DNA of 63,762 nucleotides, counting the filler, from Octopus bimaculoides (Eukaryota), in NCBI RefSeq assembly GCF_001194135.2. It is 5 parts of 4 records of this genome, joined end to end, with 100 filler letters (N's around TTAATTAATTAA, not from the genome) between each part and the next. Parts side by side here need not be neighbours in the genome. Positions count along the whole stretch, not along the records: positions 43,456 to 61,779 come from NC_068991.1; positions 61,880 to 63,762 come from NC_068981.1; 3 more parts are not named here. One strand, written 5' to 3'. A program made the translations under genes and the position numbers. The notes under the pieces are model-generated. The model did not search any database. It was not told the origin of the DNA and saw nothing but the letters and a program-made list of their open reading frames with translations. Shown here piece by piece: positions 52,310 to 63,762 of the stretch (within the stretch, counting starts at the first letter, position 1; every line of letters starts with the position of its first letter).

Positions 52310-52525
52310 GCAGAGTTATTAGTAAAGGATTATCAGTCTTGGAAAAATACCTTATAAGCTCTCTTTTAGTATGCTAAGCTAACAATATTGCTTAAATTAG
52401 TTAAGAACTCTGCATATTCTTGTGGCAGGGTCTGATGTTATAGTTCAGTACCATTCTATATTGTAAATATCTGGACATGTTCCAGTTATACTGTTTTTTT
52501 TTTTTTTTTTACACAGAGTAATATA

Positions 52526-53198
52526 CAAGACAAGGCATAAATAATGATCATTACATATTTCTTTATTGTATTAAATTTGACTTACAGTTGTTTCCGGTAG
52601 TCATTATAGGTTCGTTATTGATAGGTTTACTCAATTGGCCCATTAATCAGTTCAGAAAAATTGAACTTGTATTTATCCCTCAGGCATCATACCCACCTTG
52701 ATCATTGTCTCTCACTATAGTGTTAAAAGTTATCTAGGGAACCTACTGAAAGATTTATTATAGAAATGCTTACAGTATATCTCTAATTCCTGTCTGTTGT
52801 TAATTAGGTTACTTTCTGACATAAGTATTTGGAGTGACTCCTCTAGTTAGAGTTCACATCTTCTTCATCTTATTTCATATAGTTTTTCCAAATCATCAAT
52901 CCTCTTCCCCTTTCCTCTTTTGTCTCTTTTCCATTCACTTTATACTTATACTTATTACTGCTCTTTGTACCCCACTCCATGCTTGTACAATTCTTTCAGT
53001 GTTCTGCTTAGTCATAACCAGAAATGACTGGTGAAAATAGCATTAATTCTCTAGGTTGATCAATTTTTCTCAACTGATCAATGGGCTAATTGAGTAAACC
53101 AATCAATAACAAACCTATAATGGCTACTGGAAACAGCTGTAAGTCAAATTTATTACAATAAAGAAATATGTAATGGCCATTATTTATGTCTTGTCTTA
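52526..53198. mobile_element. Non-autonomous DNA element with about 140-bp TIRs and TA flanks (Tc1/mariner-type MITE)
   Basis: 52526-52665 is the reverse complement of about 53060-53198 with scattered mismatches. Confidence 0.8.
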
Positions 53199-54702
53199 TA
53201 CACACACACACACACATCATCATCATCATCGTCACTTAGCATCCACTTTTCCATGTTTGCATGGGTCAGAGAGAATTTGTTGAGACAGATTTTCTACAGC
53301 TGCTTGCCCTTTGGCATCAGTGTGAAAGATATACTAATTAATTCAAGTTACAAAGAAAAGTATAACTTATGCTTTCATTCTATTTATAAAAAGCTGTAGT
53401 CTACTGAAGAGAAAATATTTCAAAATTAAGCTGAAAAAATAAGATGAATTCAGTATGTATGGTGTGATTTACAGAAAAAAAAAACCCCACTATTAAAGAA
53501 AAAATCCTTAGCACTGAATGGTTCAGCAATAGATAAAATACAATAAATCATTTGTTATGAATAGAATTAATTCACAAGTTATTTTCCACTAAGTAACTTT
53601 AATTAACTAATATGTCTTCCACACTGAAAACTTTTTCTAAAGGCATTAATGTTAGCAACTTCACTGACCTAAATAGTAATATATTTTAGTACTACTTGGA
53701 TTATATTTATCTTATTGATTTTTATCTATTTTAGTCTAGGTCAGTAAAAGTTTAATTACAGTAGAAGGTATTACTAAATCATGTTTCAATACTGCTTGAA
53801 CCTTATTTGATTTACTTTTGATAATGACTGTACTTCTTTTCACTCATTACAGTAGGTAGTTTACAAATATATCCTGATGGTTCTCTGCCCTACATTCTTC
53901 ACAGTGTGGTTACTCTGTGGAGGATGTGCTAGTGTAGATCTTCTAGATATATGTAATACTATAATTGATTAATTATGGGTCAATTTAGTTGTAAAATTAA
54001 CACATCAATGTATTACATAACACTGGCTCATCTGAAATACATTGGATTATAAATCATGAATTTTTAAAAAAATATATAATTCTCCATTCTTTTTTGTGTT
54101 TTATACTACTCGTAATTTTCAATAATGAACTTTAGATTTACTAATCAAACAAGAGTACAATTATAATTGTATGAACTACATGGTTCAACATTTATCACTT
54201 GTCAGTCTAATTTTAGCCTAGTGCTGTTACTACAAAATGCTCAGAAAAGGATATACTAACCCTTAATTTATATGTGCCTATTATTTGTTGTGCAAGTTAA
54301 TCCCTATCTACTCTCATGCATTCATGATTCTATCTTTCTTTTATGCTGTCCTTTATACCTCACAAGCCTTCCACACTGATAATCTATCTCACTCTCTCTT
54401 GAACAAAGGAATCGGTTACTACTAATATCTTCTACTAAGAATCTTCCTTAATTCTTCTTCTCTGAATATGGAATAGTCAGCTATTATGTGGAAAGCTTAT
54501 CTTCATTCACTGAGAAATGAACCATATGTACAGCTATTCTAGCAGTTACTGTAAGAAACTATCTGCACACCTTACTCCCTTATTTATATGATACATTCTA
54601 CTCCAACAGTTCTATTGTAACAACTCTACAATGATATTTAAATCAGAAATTCCTTGCTCTAAATTGATACCCATTGTTTGCCTGTTCATTCTTTCTTTCT
54701 AC

Positions 54703-54740
<38 letters not shown>

Positions 54741-54843
54741 TGTATTTGTGTGTGGTGTGTGTATGTATATATCTGTGTGTGTGTGTGTGTGTGTGTATGT
54801 AAAGATAGATAGATACAGATATATCATCTTCATCATCATTTAA

Positions 54844-55057
54844 CCCTTTCATTACCAACCCGGCTGAAACTGGCTCTGAGTACAAATGTCTTGTTTTCAT
54901 AAGTTTTGAATTAAAATCTTCCACCAAACCTTAGTCACAATTTATGTTCCTAATACTAGCTGAATGATAACTAAGTTATTTTAGTAAATTCTTTGTTATA
55001 TTTAAAGTAATTGAAAGAAACACAGAGCATCTCAAAATATATACAGTAACGAAAGGG
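54844..55057. mobile_element. piggyBac-type MITE (214 bp) with TTAA target site duplication
   Basis: TTAA|CCCTTTCATTAC ... GTAACGAAAGGG|TTAA. Confidence 0.85.
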
Positions 55058-55214
55058 TTAATGTCTGTTTTCCATACTGGCATGGGTTGGACAGTTTGAC
55101 CAGAGATGACAACCTAGAGAGCTGCACCAGGCTCTAGTTGTCTTTTTGGGTATGGTTTCTAAGGCTGGATGCCCTTCCTAATATCAACCACTTTACAGAG
55201 TGTACTGGGTGCCT

Positions 55215-55330
55215 TTTATGTGGTACCAGCACAGGTACTTTTTATGTGACACCAACACAGGTACTTTTTATGTGACACCAACACAGGTACTTTTTATGTG
55301 GCAACAACACAGGTACTTTTTATGTGACAT
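55215..55330. repeat. 26-bp tandem repeat ACAGGTACTTTTTATGTGACACCAAC, about 4.5 units
   Basis: Units at 55231, 55257, 55283, 55309. Confidence 0.9.
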
Positions 55331-56329
55331 CAACTCTAGCAGGGTTGTCAAGTAACTTGCAAGACAAATACCACTTAGTTGAGAGGAAGAATGGAACTAA
55401 GGGTAGTGTCTCTATGCCAGACAAGAGATTAGAGTATGATAATTGTCTTACTGGAGAGGAGATACTTGTCCACTCTGGTAGAACAAGGAAAGAGAAGGGC
55501 GGAGGAAAGTGGAAGAAAGTTAGAGAGAAAGACAGAGAGGCAGTCAGAGAGAGGTAATGTTGGAGATGTTTTGGGGCCTACCCCCAGTGAACAGTGTGGG
55601 CTGGTGGTATAAGTAGTATAGAGGGGATAGAGAGGGATGTTCCATAAAAATGTGAGGAGATAGGCTTAGAGATGGGGAAGACATGACTGTCATAAATGAT
55701 GGTGAGGGAAATTGGAGGGAGAGGGCAATAAGGAAGACTAGGAGGGCATGGAGAGTATGCAGATAGGCATATGAGAGAGACAAGTGAGGGGAGGGGGCTG
55801 CTGCGGGTGTTAGGAAGATGGGGGAGTTTTGATGGAGGTCAGATAATGTGTGTATGAGGTGGGGCATGACCATAAATGACATGCATGTATGTGTTGATGG
55901 CCATGTTTTCACTTAGCTTGATGTCTTCTCAAGCACAGCAAATCACCAGAAACCTCAGTCACTTGTCATCTCTCTGAAGCTCGGCATCTGAAAATCTTTT
56001 CTCAACACTTCATTCCATGTCTTCCTGGGTCTACCTCTTGCCTAGGTTCCTTCCACAATTAGAGGTCAGCACTTCTTTATGCAGCTGTCCTTATCCATAT
56101 TCATCACATGACCATGCCAGTGCAATTTTCTCTCTTACACACTACGTCTGATGCTTCTGATACCTAATTTTTCTCTTTAAAGATTTACACTCTTTCATAC
56201 GTACTGACATTGCACATCCAGCAGAGCATGCTGGCTTCCTTTCTTCCAAGCCTTCACATATTGTCTGCAGTCACAACCCATGTCTCACTGCTATGTAGCA
56301 TGGCTGTTTGTATGGATGTATGCATGCAT

Positions 56330-57051
56330 ATATAGGTAGTACCAACAGATGGCTGTACATGGTTGCATGTGCAGTGAGAGCTAGCAGTGACCTTCATGAG
56401 GCAGTGTGCCTAGTGACATCACTGTTTTTACTTGGCAAGTCGTGAAATTTGTGTTTTTGTGATCATGTGTATGCTGTAGTCTGCAATTTTGTCACGGACA
56501 GAAAGTTGGAACAAAAAGCCAATATGAAATTTTGCATTAAACTTGGGAAGTCTGCTACAGAGACATTGAGCATACTTCAGCAAGCTTATACTGATGTGGT
56601 AATGAGTTGTATGCAATGTTTCAAGTGGTACAGGTGCTTCAAAAATGGGAGAACATCCCTGGAAGACAATGAGTGATCTGGTAAATCTGTCACAAGCGTC
56701 ACCCTCAGAAATGTGGTATTGTGCATTGAGAATTCGTCTCCCAGGGCCAGACCATCAATCAAGAGTTCTGCTGCGACATTTTTAAGTGTTTGAGGGAGGG
56801 CATTCAATGAAAATGACCAGATCTGTGGAGTGTGAAGAATTGGATTTTTCTCAACAACAACACACCATGTCACCAAGCTCTCCTCACTTGTGAACTTACC
56901 AAAAACAACATGGTATCACTTCCACACCTGCCCTATTCACTAGATTTAATACCTGTGGACTTCAATCTTTTCCCCAAGATGAAAAGGCAACTCAACTCAA
57001 AGGTTGCCATTTTAAACATAAGTGGTCTGGGAACCTTTTGATACCACTTTG
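56330..57051 (+). mobile_element. Mariner relic with internal deletion and 3' TIR
   Basis: EQKANMKFCIKLGKSATETL, HLPYSLDLIPVDFNLFPKMK; ends GGAACCTTTTGATACCACTTTG|TA. Confidence 0.85.
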
Positions 57052-57057
57052 TATGTA

Positions 57058-57148
<91 letters not shown>

Positions 57149-57150
<2 letters not shown>

Positions 57151-60100
57151 TCATCATCATCGTTTAATGTCCGCTTTCCATGCTAGCATGGGTTGGACGA
57201 TTTGACTGAGGACTGGTGAACCGGATGGCTGCACCAGGCTCCAATCTGATCTGGTAGAGTTTCTACAGCTGGATGCCCTTCCTAATGCCAACCACTGCAA
57301 GAGTGTAGTGGGTGCTTTTATGTACCACTGGCAGGAGGGCCAGTCACATGGTACTGGCAATAGCCACGCCCAAAATGGTGTCTTTTATGTGTCACCTGCA
57401 CAGGAGCCAGTCCAGTAGCACTGGCAACGACCTTGCTCAAATGATTTTCTAAATATGCCACCGGCACAAGTGCCAGTAAGGCAACGCTGGTAACGATCAT
57501 GCTCAAATGGTGTTATTTAAGGGCCACTAGCACGGAAGCTAGACAGCTGCTCTGGCAATGATCATGCTCGGACAGTGCTGTTAGTGCTCCATTGGCACAG
57601 GTGCCAGTCATTGAATATGGTTCAATTACGATTTCAATTTCACTTGCTTCAACAGGTCTTCGCAAGCAGAGTTTAGTGTCCAATGAGGGAGGGGTTGGCA
57701 TGGGTGCCAGTTGTCGAATGTGGTTCGATTTCAAATTCACTTGCCTCAACAGGTCTTCGTAATTAGACTTTAAATGTCCAATGAAGTAAAGATACGAATA
57801 AGTGAGCTGGCTACACTTCTGACAGAGGCCACAGATTATGCTCTCACTTGGCTTGCTGGGTCTTCTCACATACTGCATATTTCCAAAGGTACTGGTCACT
57901 AGTCATTGCCTCGGTGAAGCCTAAAGTTCGAAGGTTGTGCTCCAGCACCTCATCCCAGGTCTTCCTGGGTCTATCTCTTCCACAGGTTCCCACAACTGCT
58001 AGGGTGTGGCACTTTTTCACACAGCTATGCTCATCCATTCTTGTCACATGTCCATACCAGCGCNNNNNNNNNNCCCTTTGTCACCAGCAGAGGTAAGAGC
58101 TCTCTAAACTTTGCCCAGGCTATTCTTATTCTAGCAGCTACATTTTCAGCACACCCTCCCCTGCTACAAACTTGGTCACTGCCCCTCAGTATCTGCCACA
58201 TACAAAAACTATCTTGCTAGTTAGCCTTCCTTTGATATTGCTGCACCCCTTATGTGTCCATAGCTTACACTGGTACATCTTATGGAGTTTCTACCTACGC
58301 GTTTTCTACAGATCGAGTAGGGCCATCTACCTGAAGGGGTTTGTGTTTTGTCTACCTTCCTACTTATTGGGACTTTGGTTTTAGCTAGGTTGACTCTAAG
58401 GCCCTTCAATTCCAGTCCTTGCTTCCACACCTGAAATTTCTCCTCTAGTTCTGGTAGTGACTCAGCAATTAGGGCAAGGTCATCAGCATAGAGGAGCTTC
58501 CAGGGGCATCCCGTCTTGAATTCCTCTGTTATTGCCTGGAGGACTATAATAAATAGGAGGGGGCTGAGGACTGAACCTTGGTGGACCCCTACCTCTACCC
58601 GGGATTCTTCACTGTACTCGTTGCTAACCCTCACCTTACTGACAGTGTCCCTGTACATGGCTTTCACAGCTCTCACTAACCACTCATCTATCCCTAGTTT
58701 CCTCATTGACCAACAGATAAGGGAGCAGGGGACCCAGTCAAAGGCTTCCTCCATGTCAACGAAAGCCAGGTTCAGAGGTTTATCTTTGGCTAGGTATTTC
58801 TGCTGCAGCTGTCTTACCAGAAATATAGCATTAGTGGTACTTTTCCCTGGAACGAACCCAAACTGCATCTCATCTAAACTGACTCTCTCCCTAATTAGTT
58901 GGGCTCTCTCGGTGACCTTCATTAACTAATCCAACAACTTGATACCTCTGTAATTGTTTGTGTCTAAAGCCTCACCTTTACCTTTGTAGCAGTTGACTAT
59001 GGTGCTGCTACACTAGTCATTGGGTATGACTCCTTCATGTATCACCTGATTAACTATACTGGTGACTAGGCTATAGCCAACACTGCCAGATATTTTGAGC
59101 ATCTCTGCAATGATTCCTGATGGGCTGGAGGCTTTCCTTGTCTTCACACTCTTGATCGCTTTATCTACCAAGGTACTGTCAATAAGGATGGCTGGTCCCT
59201 CTGTTAGGTCGACATGCGGCAGACTCTCTTCCTCCCATTCATTCTCTTTATTAAGCAACCTTTCATAGTGGCATCTCCAAACCTCTCTCTTTGCAGGCTC
59301 GTTTAGTGTAAGTGAGCCATCATCCGTGCGGACACACTTCTCTCCTACAACATCACAAAATACTTCAAGTCTTTGGTCCTCACGGCGCAGAACATTGGCA
59401 AATTTTTTCTTATTTGCTTCCCCTCTGGCTAAGTAAACCTGTCTCCTAGCTTCCCTTCTGGCAGTCTGATACAATTCCCTGCTACCTCCGTTCTTCCAGT
59501 CCTTCCAAGCCTGTTTCTTTTGTCTAATAGCCCTGTCAACCACATTGTTCCACCACCACGTTACTTTGGGTCAGGAGGAGACTTTACACCATCCACAGAT
59601 CTGGTCAGTGGCTCTCAGCAGGTTGTCCCATAGAAACCTCCAATCGTCTTCCACATTGTGTGATGCTATATCCTCTTCTACTTCATCAAAAGTTTCAAGT
59701 AAGACATTTCTAAATCTCTGTCCATTTGCAGGATCTTTAAGCTTCCAGACCCTTCTCCTCCATGCTGGTCCACTTCTGGGGCATCCATTTAGCCTTGATC
59801 CCAAAGTAGCTAACTACTAATCTGTGTTGAGGGGTACATTCTTTGCCTGAGAAGGGTTTGGCATTTATAAGCTGTCCTCTTTCCCTATTTCTGGTGAGGA
59901 TGTAGTCGATTTGGCTAGTGTGTCTGCCGGAACGGTAGGTGACTAGGTGACAGGCAGGTTTCCTGAAGTTGGTATTGCAAACCATAAGATCATTTGCATC
60001 ACAGAACTCCAACAGTCTGGTTCCCTCCTCATTGCGGGAACTGAAGCCCTAGCCTCCATGTACGCCATGGAAGCCCCCTGCATGTTGTCCAACATGTCCA

Positions 60101-60526
60101 TTGAAATCACCAGCCACAAAGAGAAGGTCCCTGTCATTCGTCAATGAGATAATTTGCAACAGGGTGTCATAGAATTGGTCTTTCTGCCAATCCGGTAGTC
60201 CCGGTTGAGGGGCATAGGCCGAGATGATGGTAGCTAACCTATGGTACAGCACTAGTCTAATTTTAAGTACTCTGTCATATACTCTGACTCCCTCGATAAC
60301 CTTATCCACACCCATTTCTCTGCAAGAAGTATTCCCATGCCCCCGACCCCATCAGTGTTCCCCGCCCAGAAAATCTTGTACCTGTGTTCTTTGCCTGTGA
60401 GGAACCTAGCGGAACCTCCTCTCCACCTTACTTCTTGGATGCAGCGTCTCCGATGCAGCATATCTACGCGTCTCCGTTCAAGCATCTCAACAATCTCACC
60501 ACACTTACCTTTCAGTGTGCCTTTCA

Positions 60527-60527
<1 letters not shown>
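57149..60527 (-). mobile_element. RTE-clade LINE, nearly full ORF (APE endonuclease plus RT), frameshifted, flanked by (AT)n
   Basis: CIQEVRWRG, ISAYAPQ, AGDFNGHVG, QIDYIL, QFGFVPGKSTT.AIF, GVHQGSVLSPLLF, LLYADDLAL, RPRKTW; (GAT)n 3' tail. Confidence 0.95.
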
Positions 60528-60570
<43 letters not shown>

Positions 60571-60574
<4 letters not shown>

Positions 60575-60775
60575 TTTTACTTGTCTGTCATTTGACTGCA
60601 GCCATGCTGGAACACCACCTTAAAGGGTTTTAGTTGAATAAATCAACCTCAGGACTTATTCTTTGTACACCGAGTATTTATCTTATTGCTCTCTTTTGCC
60701 AAACCGCTAAGTTACAGGGATGTAAACATACCAATATCAGTTGTCAAGTGGTGTGTGGACAAACACAGACACACG
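60571..60775 (+). mobile_element. SINE-type interspersed repeat (related fragments at 33515-33600, 44640-44695 rc, 22605-22700)
   Basis: ATTCTTTTACTTGT...TCATTTGACTGCAGCCATGCTGGA.CACC motif repeated in the window. Confidence 0.7.
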
Positions 60776-60795
60776 TAAATATATACATATATATA

Positions 60796-61060
60796 TAATC
60801 AAAATAAGCAACAAGGATATCCAGAGGTAATGCAATACGATCATTTCATGCCCCTCCATTTAATTGAACAATGTAATCATTACATCAATTTAAAGTGTCC
60901 ATCTGTTCTAATTTAATTAAATTCTATGTCTTTGTGCAGCTTAGGATTGCTCTGCATTTTAATTTGATGTAATGATTACATTGTTCAATTAAATATAGAG
61001 TGGCATGAAACAATCGTACTGCATCACCTCTAGATATCCTTGTTGCTTATTTTGATTTTA
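60796..61060. mobile_element. Palindromic MITE with about 100-bp arms
   Basis: AATCAAAATAAGCAACAAGGATATC.AGAGG...AATTGAACAATGTAATCATTACATCAA is inverted at 60955-61058. Confidence 0.85.
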
Positions 61061-61485
61061 ATCACCTTACTTTGAAATTGTATGGATAATACCTTACTAA
61101 ATTCTGGTGCCTTAACTTAAATACTATATTCACCTGAATCTATATATATGTAGATATATATATATATAAGGGCATTACTATACAATAATGCCTCATGCTA
61201 TGAGGGACTCTAAGGTCAGACTACCATAAAAAACACATTTTTACAGAACGCGAGGAAATGCAACTCTCAAAGCCAGCCCCTTAAAAACAGACTGAATTAT
61301 AGATCATGATTTCGTAATTATTGTAGTGTTATACAACCTCTACTCGTCAGTATAATATGGTCAAGAGAAATAGAAATAGACAGAAATTCAACATACCAAA
61401 CGAACACCGCTTATCCATTATAGTACACAGAAGACTGTTTATCACTATTTACCTATGTAAGTGGCGGGAATTATATATATATATA

Positions 61486-61779
61486 TCAGGTCATCCCATA
61501 AGTGCTGTCCGAATTTTGAATAAAGAAAACAAGTGATTAATTGTTATATTTAATTGAAATTTAATCATCAATATACTTTCCCTGATTATCTATGAGTTCC
61601 TTCCACCTATTTACAAGCTTTTTAATCCCATCAATGTAAAACTCTTTTGGTTTCAAAGCGAAGAACTCTGAAATGTCAGTTTCGACCTCCTCCTGGCTTG
61701 CGAAAGTTATGTCCCCCAAATGATTCTCTAAACTACAAAACAAATGGTAGTCTGAAGGAGCAAGGTCGGAAGAATAAGG
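61486..61779 (-). mobile_element. Mariner 3' end (transposase C-terminus and TIR), rest in gap
   Basis: PYSSDLAPSDYHLFCSLENHL...FYIDGIKKLVNRW...NQGKYIDD*; TIR TCAGGTCATCCCATAAG next to (TA)n. Confidence 0.9.
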
Positions 61780-61879
61780 NNNNNNNNNNNNNNNNNNNNN
61801 NNNNNNNNNNNNNNNNNNNNNNNTTAATTAATTAANNNNNNNNNNNNNNNNNNNNNNNNNNNNNNNNNNNNNNNNNNNN

Positions 61880-61910
<31 letters not shown>

Positions 61911-62929
61911 CATATATATACATATACACTCCTATGCATGTGTATGTGTGTATATATATATCTATATACATGATATATGATCTAACGTCTCCGCATTCAT
62001 TGCTGGCCTTGTTTTAAAAAAATTGGACTATTGTTAAACTATCATTATTTGCTCAGAAACACGAGGCATTACCCCATCTGGAGGTTGAAACCTAGTGAGT
62101 GCAGCACCCTAACCAATCGTCCACTCGCTCTCATCCATTTAGGATTCATAAAGTAATTAAATACCAGCCATATACTATTCTGGCGAGTACAAAATCACGA
62201 TATTGTGCAAATTAGTGGGGAAAGACGTAACCGGGACAAAAAACCTTGCCTGATTATTTATGTTTCACTTAGATTTAGAATTCAAATGCTAGTGTTTGGG
62301 CTGAATTTGCTGTTAATTATTTTGTAATCGATAATCTCAATACCTGTGAAGCCCTGGTGATGGTCAATTAAAATTTAATGTAATGACCAACCGAAATTTG
62401 AGTCTTTGTGTCAATTTTAGAAGATATGATTATTTCTGGAAGAAATAACTGTATTAACAGTAGCACCATTGATTTTGCACTTTAATAAACCAATCTTATC
62501 TTTTAGTCAAATCATGTTGGGGTGTTGTTTGTTTTAGTTGGTGTTTTTTGCATATTATCTTGTACATTATTTTATCTATTTTTATTTTTAATGCTTTTTA
62601 TCAAGGTTTCTGTTTATATATTCTCCCAACATTGTAATTCATTTTCATTTTATTTCCCTTGCTCTTGAAGCATTATTAGTATTATTTTTACTATCATCTT
62701 CATAATCATTGTCATCTTCACTTCTCTTTGTTGTTGTTATAAACACTTTGTTTCTCATTATTCATATTTTTTCTCTCTCTATGTTGCTCTATTTCCCCGT
62801 TTTTCTTTTGAGTTACACAGTTCTCTTTATCCCAGTATGTCTCTTTTATCTCTCTCCTCAACTCTCTTTATCTAATCCAATACACTTTTACTCCTTTATA
62901 TTACTTCTGTTTATTCTATATATTTCTCC

Positions 62930-62957
62930 TCTTCCCTCTCTTTCTCTCTCTCTCTCT

Positions 62958-63029
<72 letters not shown>

Positions 63030-63065
63030 TTATCTATATATCTATCTATCTATCTATCTATATAT
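62930..63065. repeat. (CT)n(TATC)n microsatellite in a pyrimidine-rich low-complexity tract
   Basis: Directly visible. Confidence 0.9.
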
Positions 63066-63762
63066 TTCTGTGTCTCTTCGCTCTCTCTCACAATGGCTTC
63101 TATATCACAGTGTCGAATTTTCTCATGTATTTCTGAATATTTTCTTTCGCTGTGCTATTATATACATTGTTTTTACACTGTTACTCACTCTGACTTAATT
63201 TTAATCATCTCTTTTCCCACCCACTCACAATTCTCTTTCGCTTTAATTTAATATCTTAAATCTCTCCCTTTCTCATACTTACGCATTTGTTTCTTTAATT
63301 TATTTCTCAATTTTCTTTTTTTCCTTTAAATTTTTTCATATTTCCTTTTCACCCTTCTTGCTTTCCCAATATTTCAATGTCCTACTTTGTTTGTTTCGAT
63401 TTTTTTTCCTTCTGAATTTGACAGTAAACATTGCATCATAATATCTGTTAGAATGAAATAACAGCAGGTGCTGATTATATTGAAACTAATAGCAAGCGTT
63501 TGAATCTGTTTAAAAATAATCAGGAAATTGATTATGAGTAATATTTGAATACATAACGTGCACAATAATTTCCCATCACTAATACTTAACGTTGACTAGC
63601 TATTGTTCTATCTGTGGTATCACTACATGCGCCAATGCATTCCAGCGTGTAAATGAGTAGATATTCTAAAGGTTTATATTTTCTCTCTTGCCTACAGTTT
63701 CATGTTTGTATTTTATACATCTGCACACACATACACAAGTGTATATATATATATATATATAT

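Larger units (their letters stand above)
54830..56300 (-). mobile_element. Older RTE 3' fragment carrying a nested MITE and a 26-bp tandem repeat
   Basis: 55070-55200 matches the 3' UTR at 57160-57320; 55900-56290 matches the RTE C-terminus (RGRPRKTW at about 56020-56045). Confidence 0.75.

Noticed and set aside
57149-60527. RTE as an active or domesticated gene
   Set aside because: Multiple frameshifts, stops and small deletions split the ORF.
62709-63251. 180-aa hydrophobic ORF as a membrane protein
   Set aside because: Pyrimidine-rich low-complexity sequence with (CT)n/(TATC)n; the composition explains the hydrophobicity. The same applies to 24941-25348.

Overview
This is an AT-rich, gap-riddled eukaryotic scaffold window dominated by microsatellites and decayed transposons. 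The repeat landscape looks like an octopus or other coleoid cephalopod genome (inference, not a database result). The one clearly intact gene is an initiator tRNA-Met (6458-6529, minus strand) with its Pol III terminator. Mobile elements include many tRNA-derived SINEs built from swappable modules, two RTE-clade LINEs, two R4/Dong REL-endonuclease LINE 3' fragments, two L1/Tx1 fragments, an inverted pair of CR1/L2-type LINE 3' ends, five mariner relics, a complete but decayed piggyBac with TTAA target sites, and several MITE/foldback elements. No protein-coding gene can be named. A chain of small, in-frame, splice-signal-flanked plus-strand exons (46.0-49.7 kb) lies inside a CpG-depleted domain (about 43.5-61 kb) that looks like a methylated gene body. 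Nearly all long ORFs in the supplied track are artefacts of N gaps or simple repeats. The best leads are a minimal hammerhead-ribozyme-like motif with a variant core (35976-36013), apparent microsatellite-targeted retroinsertion (Tx1 in (GATA)n, Dong abutting the (ATT)n tails of SINEs twice), a head-to-head foldback mariner, and a duplicated SINE block with a conversion-like patch. I do not see firm evidence of a new multi-gene system.
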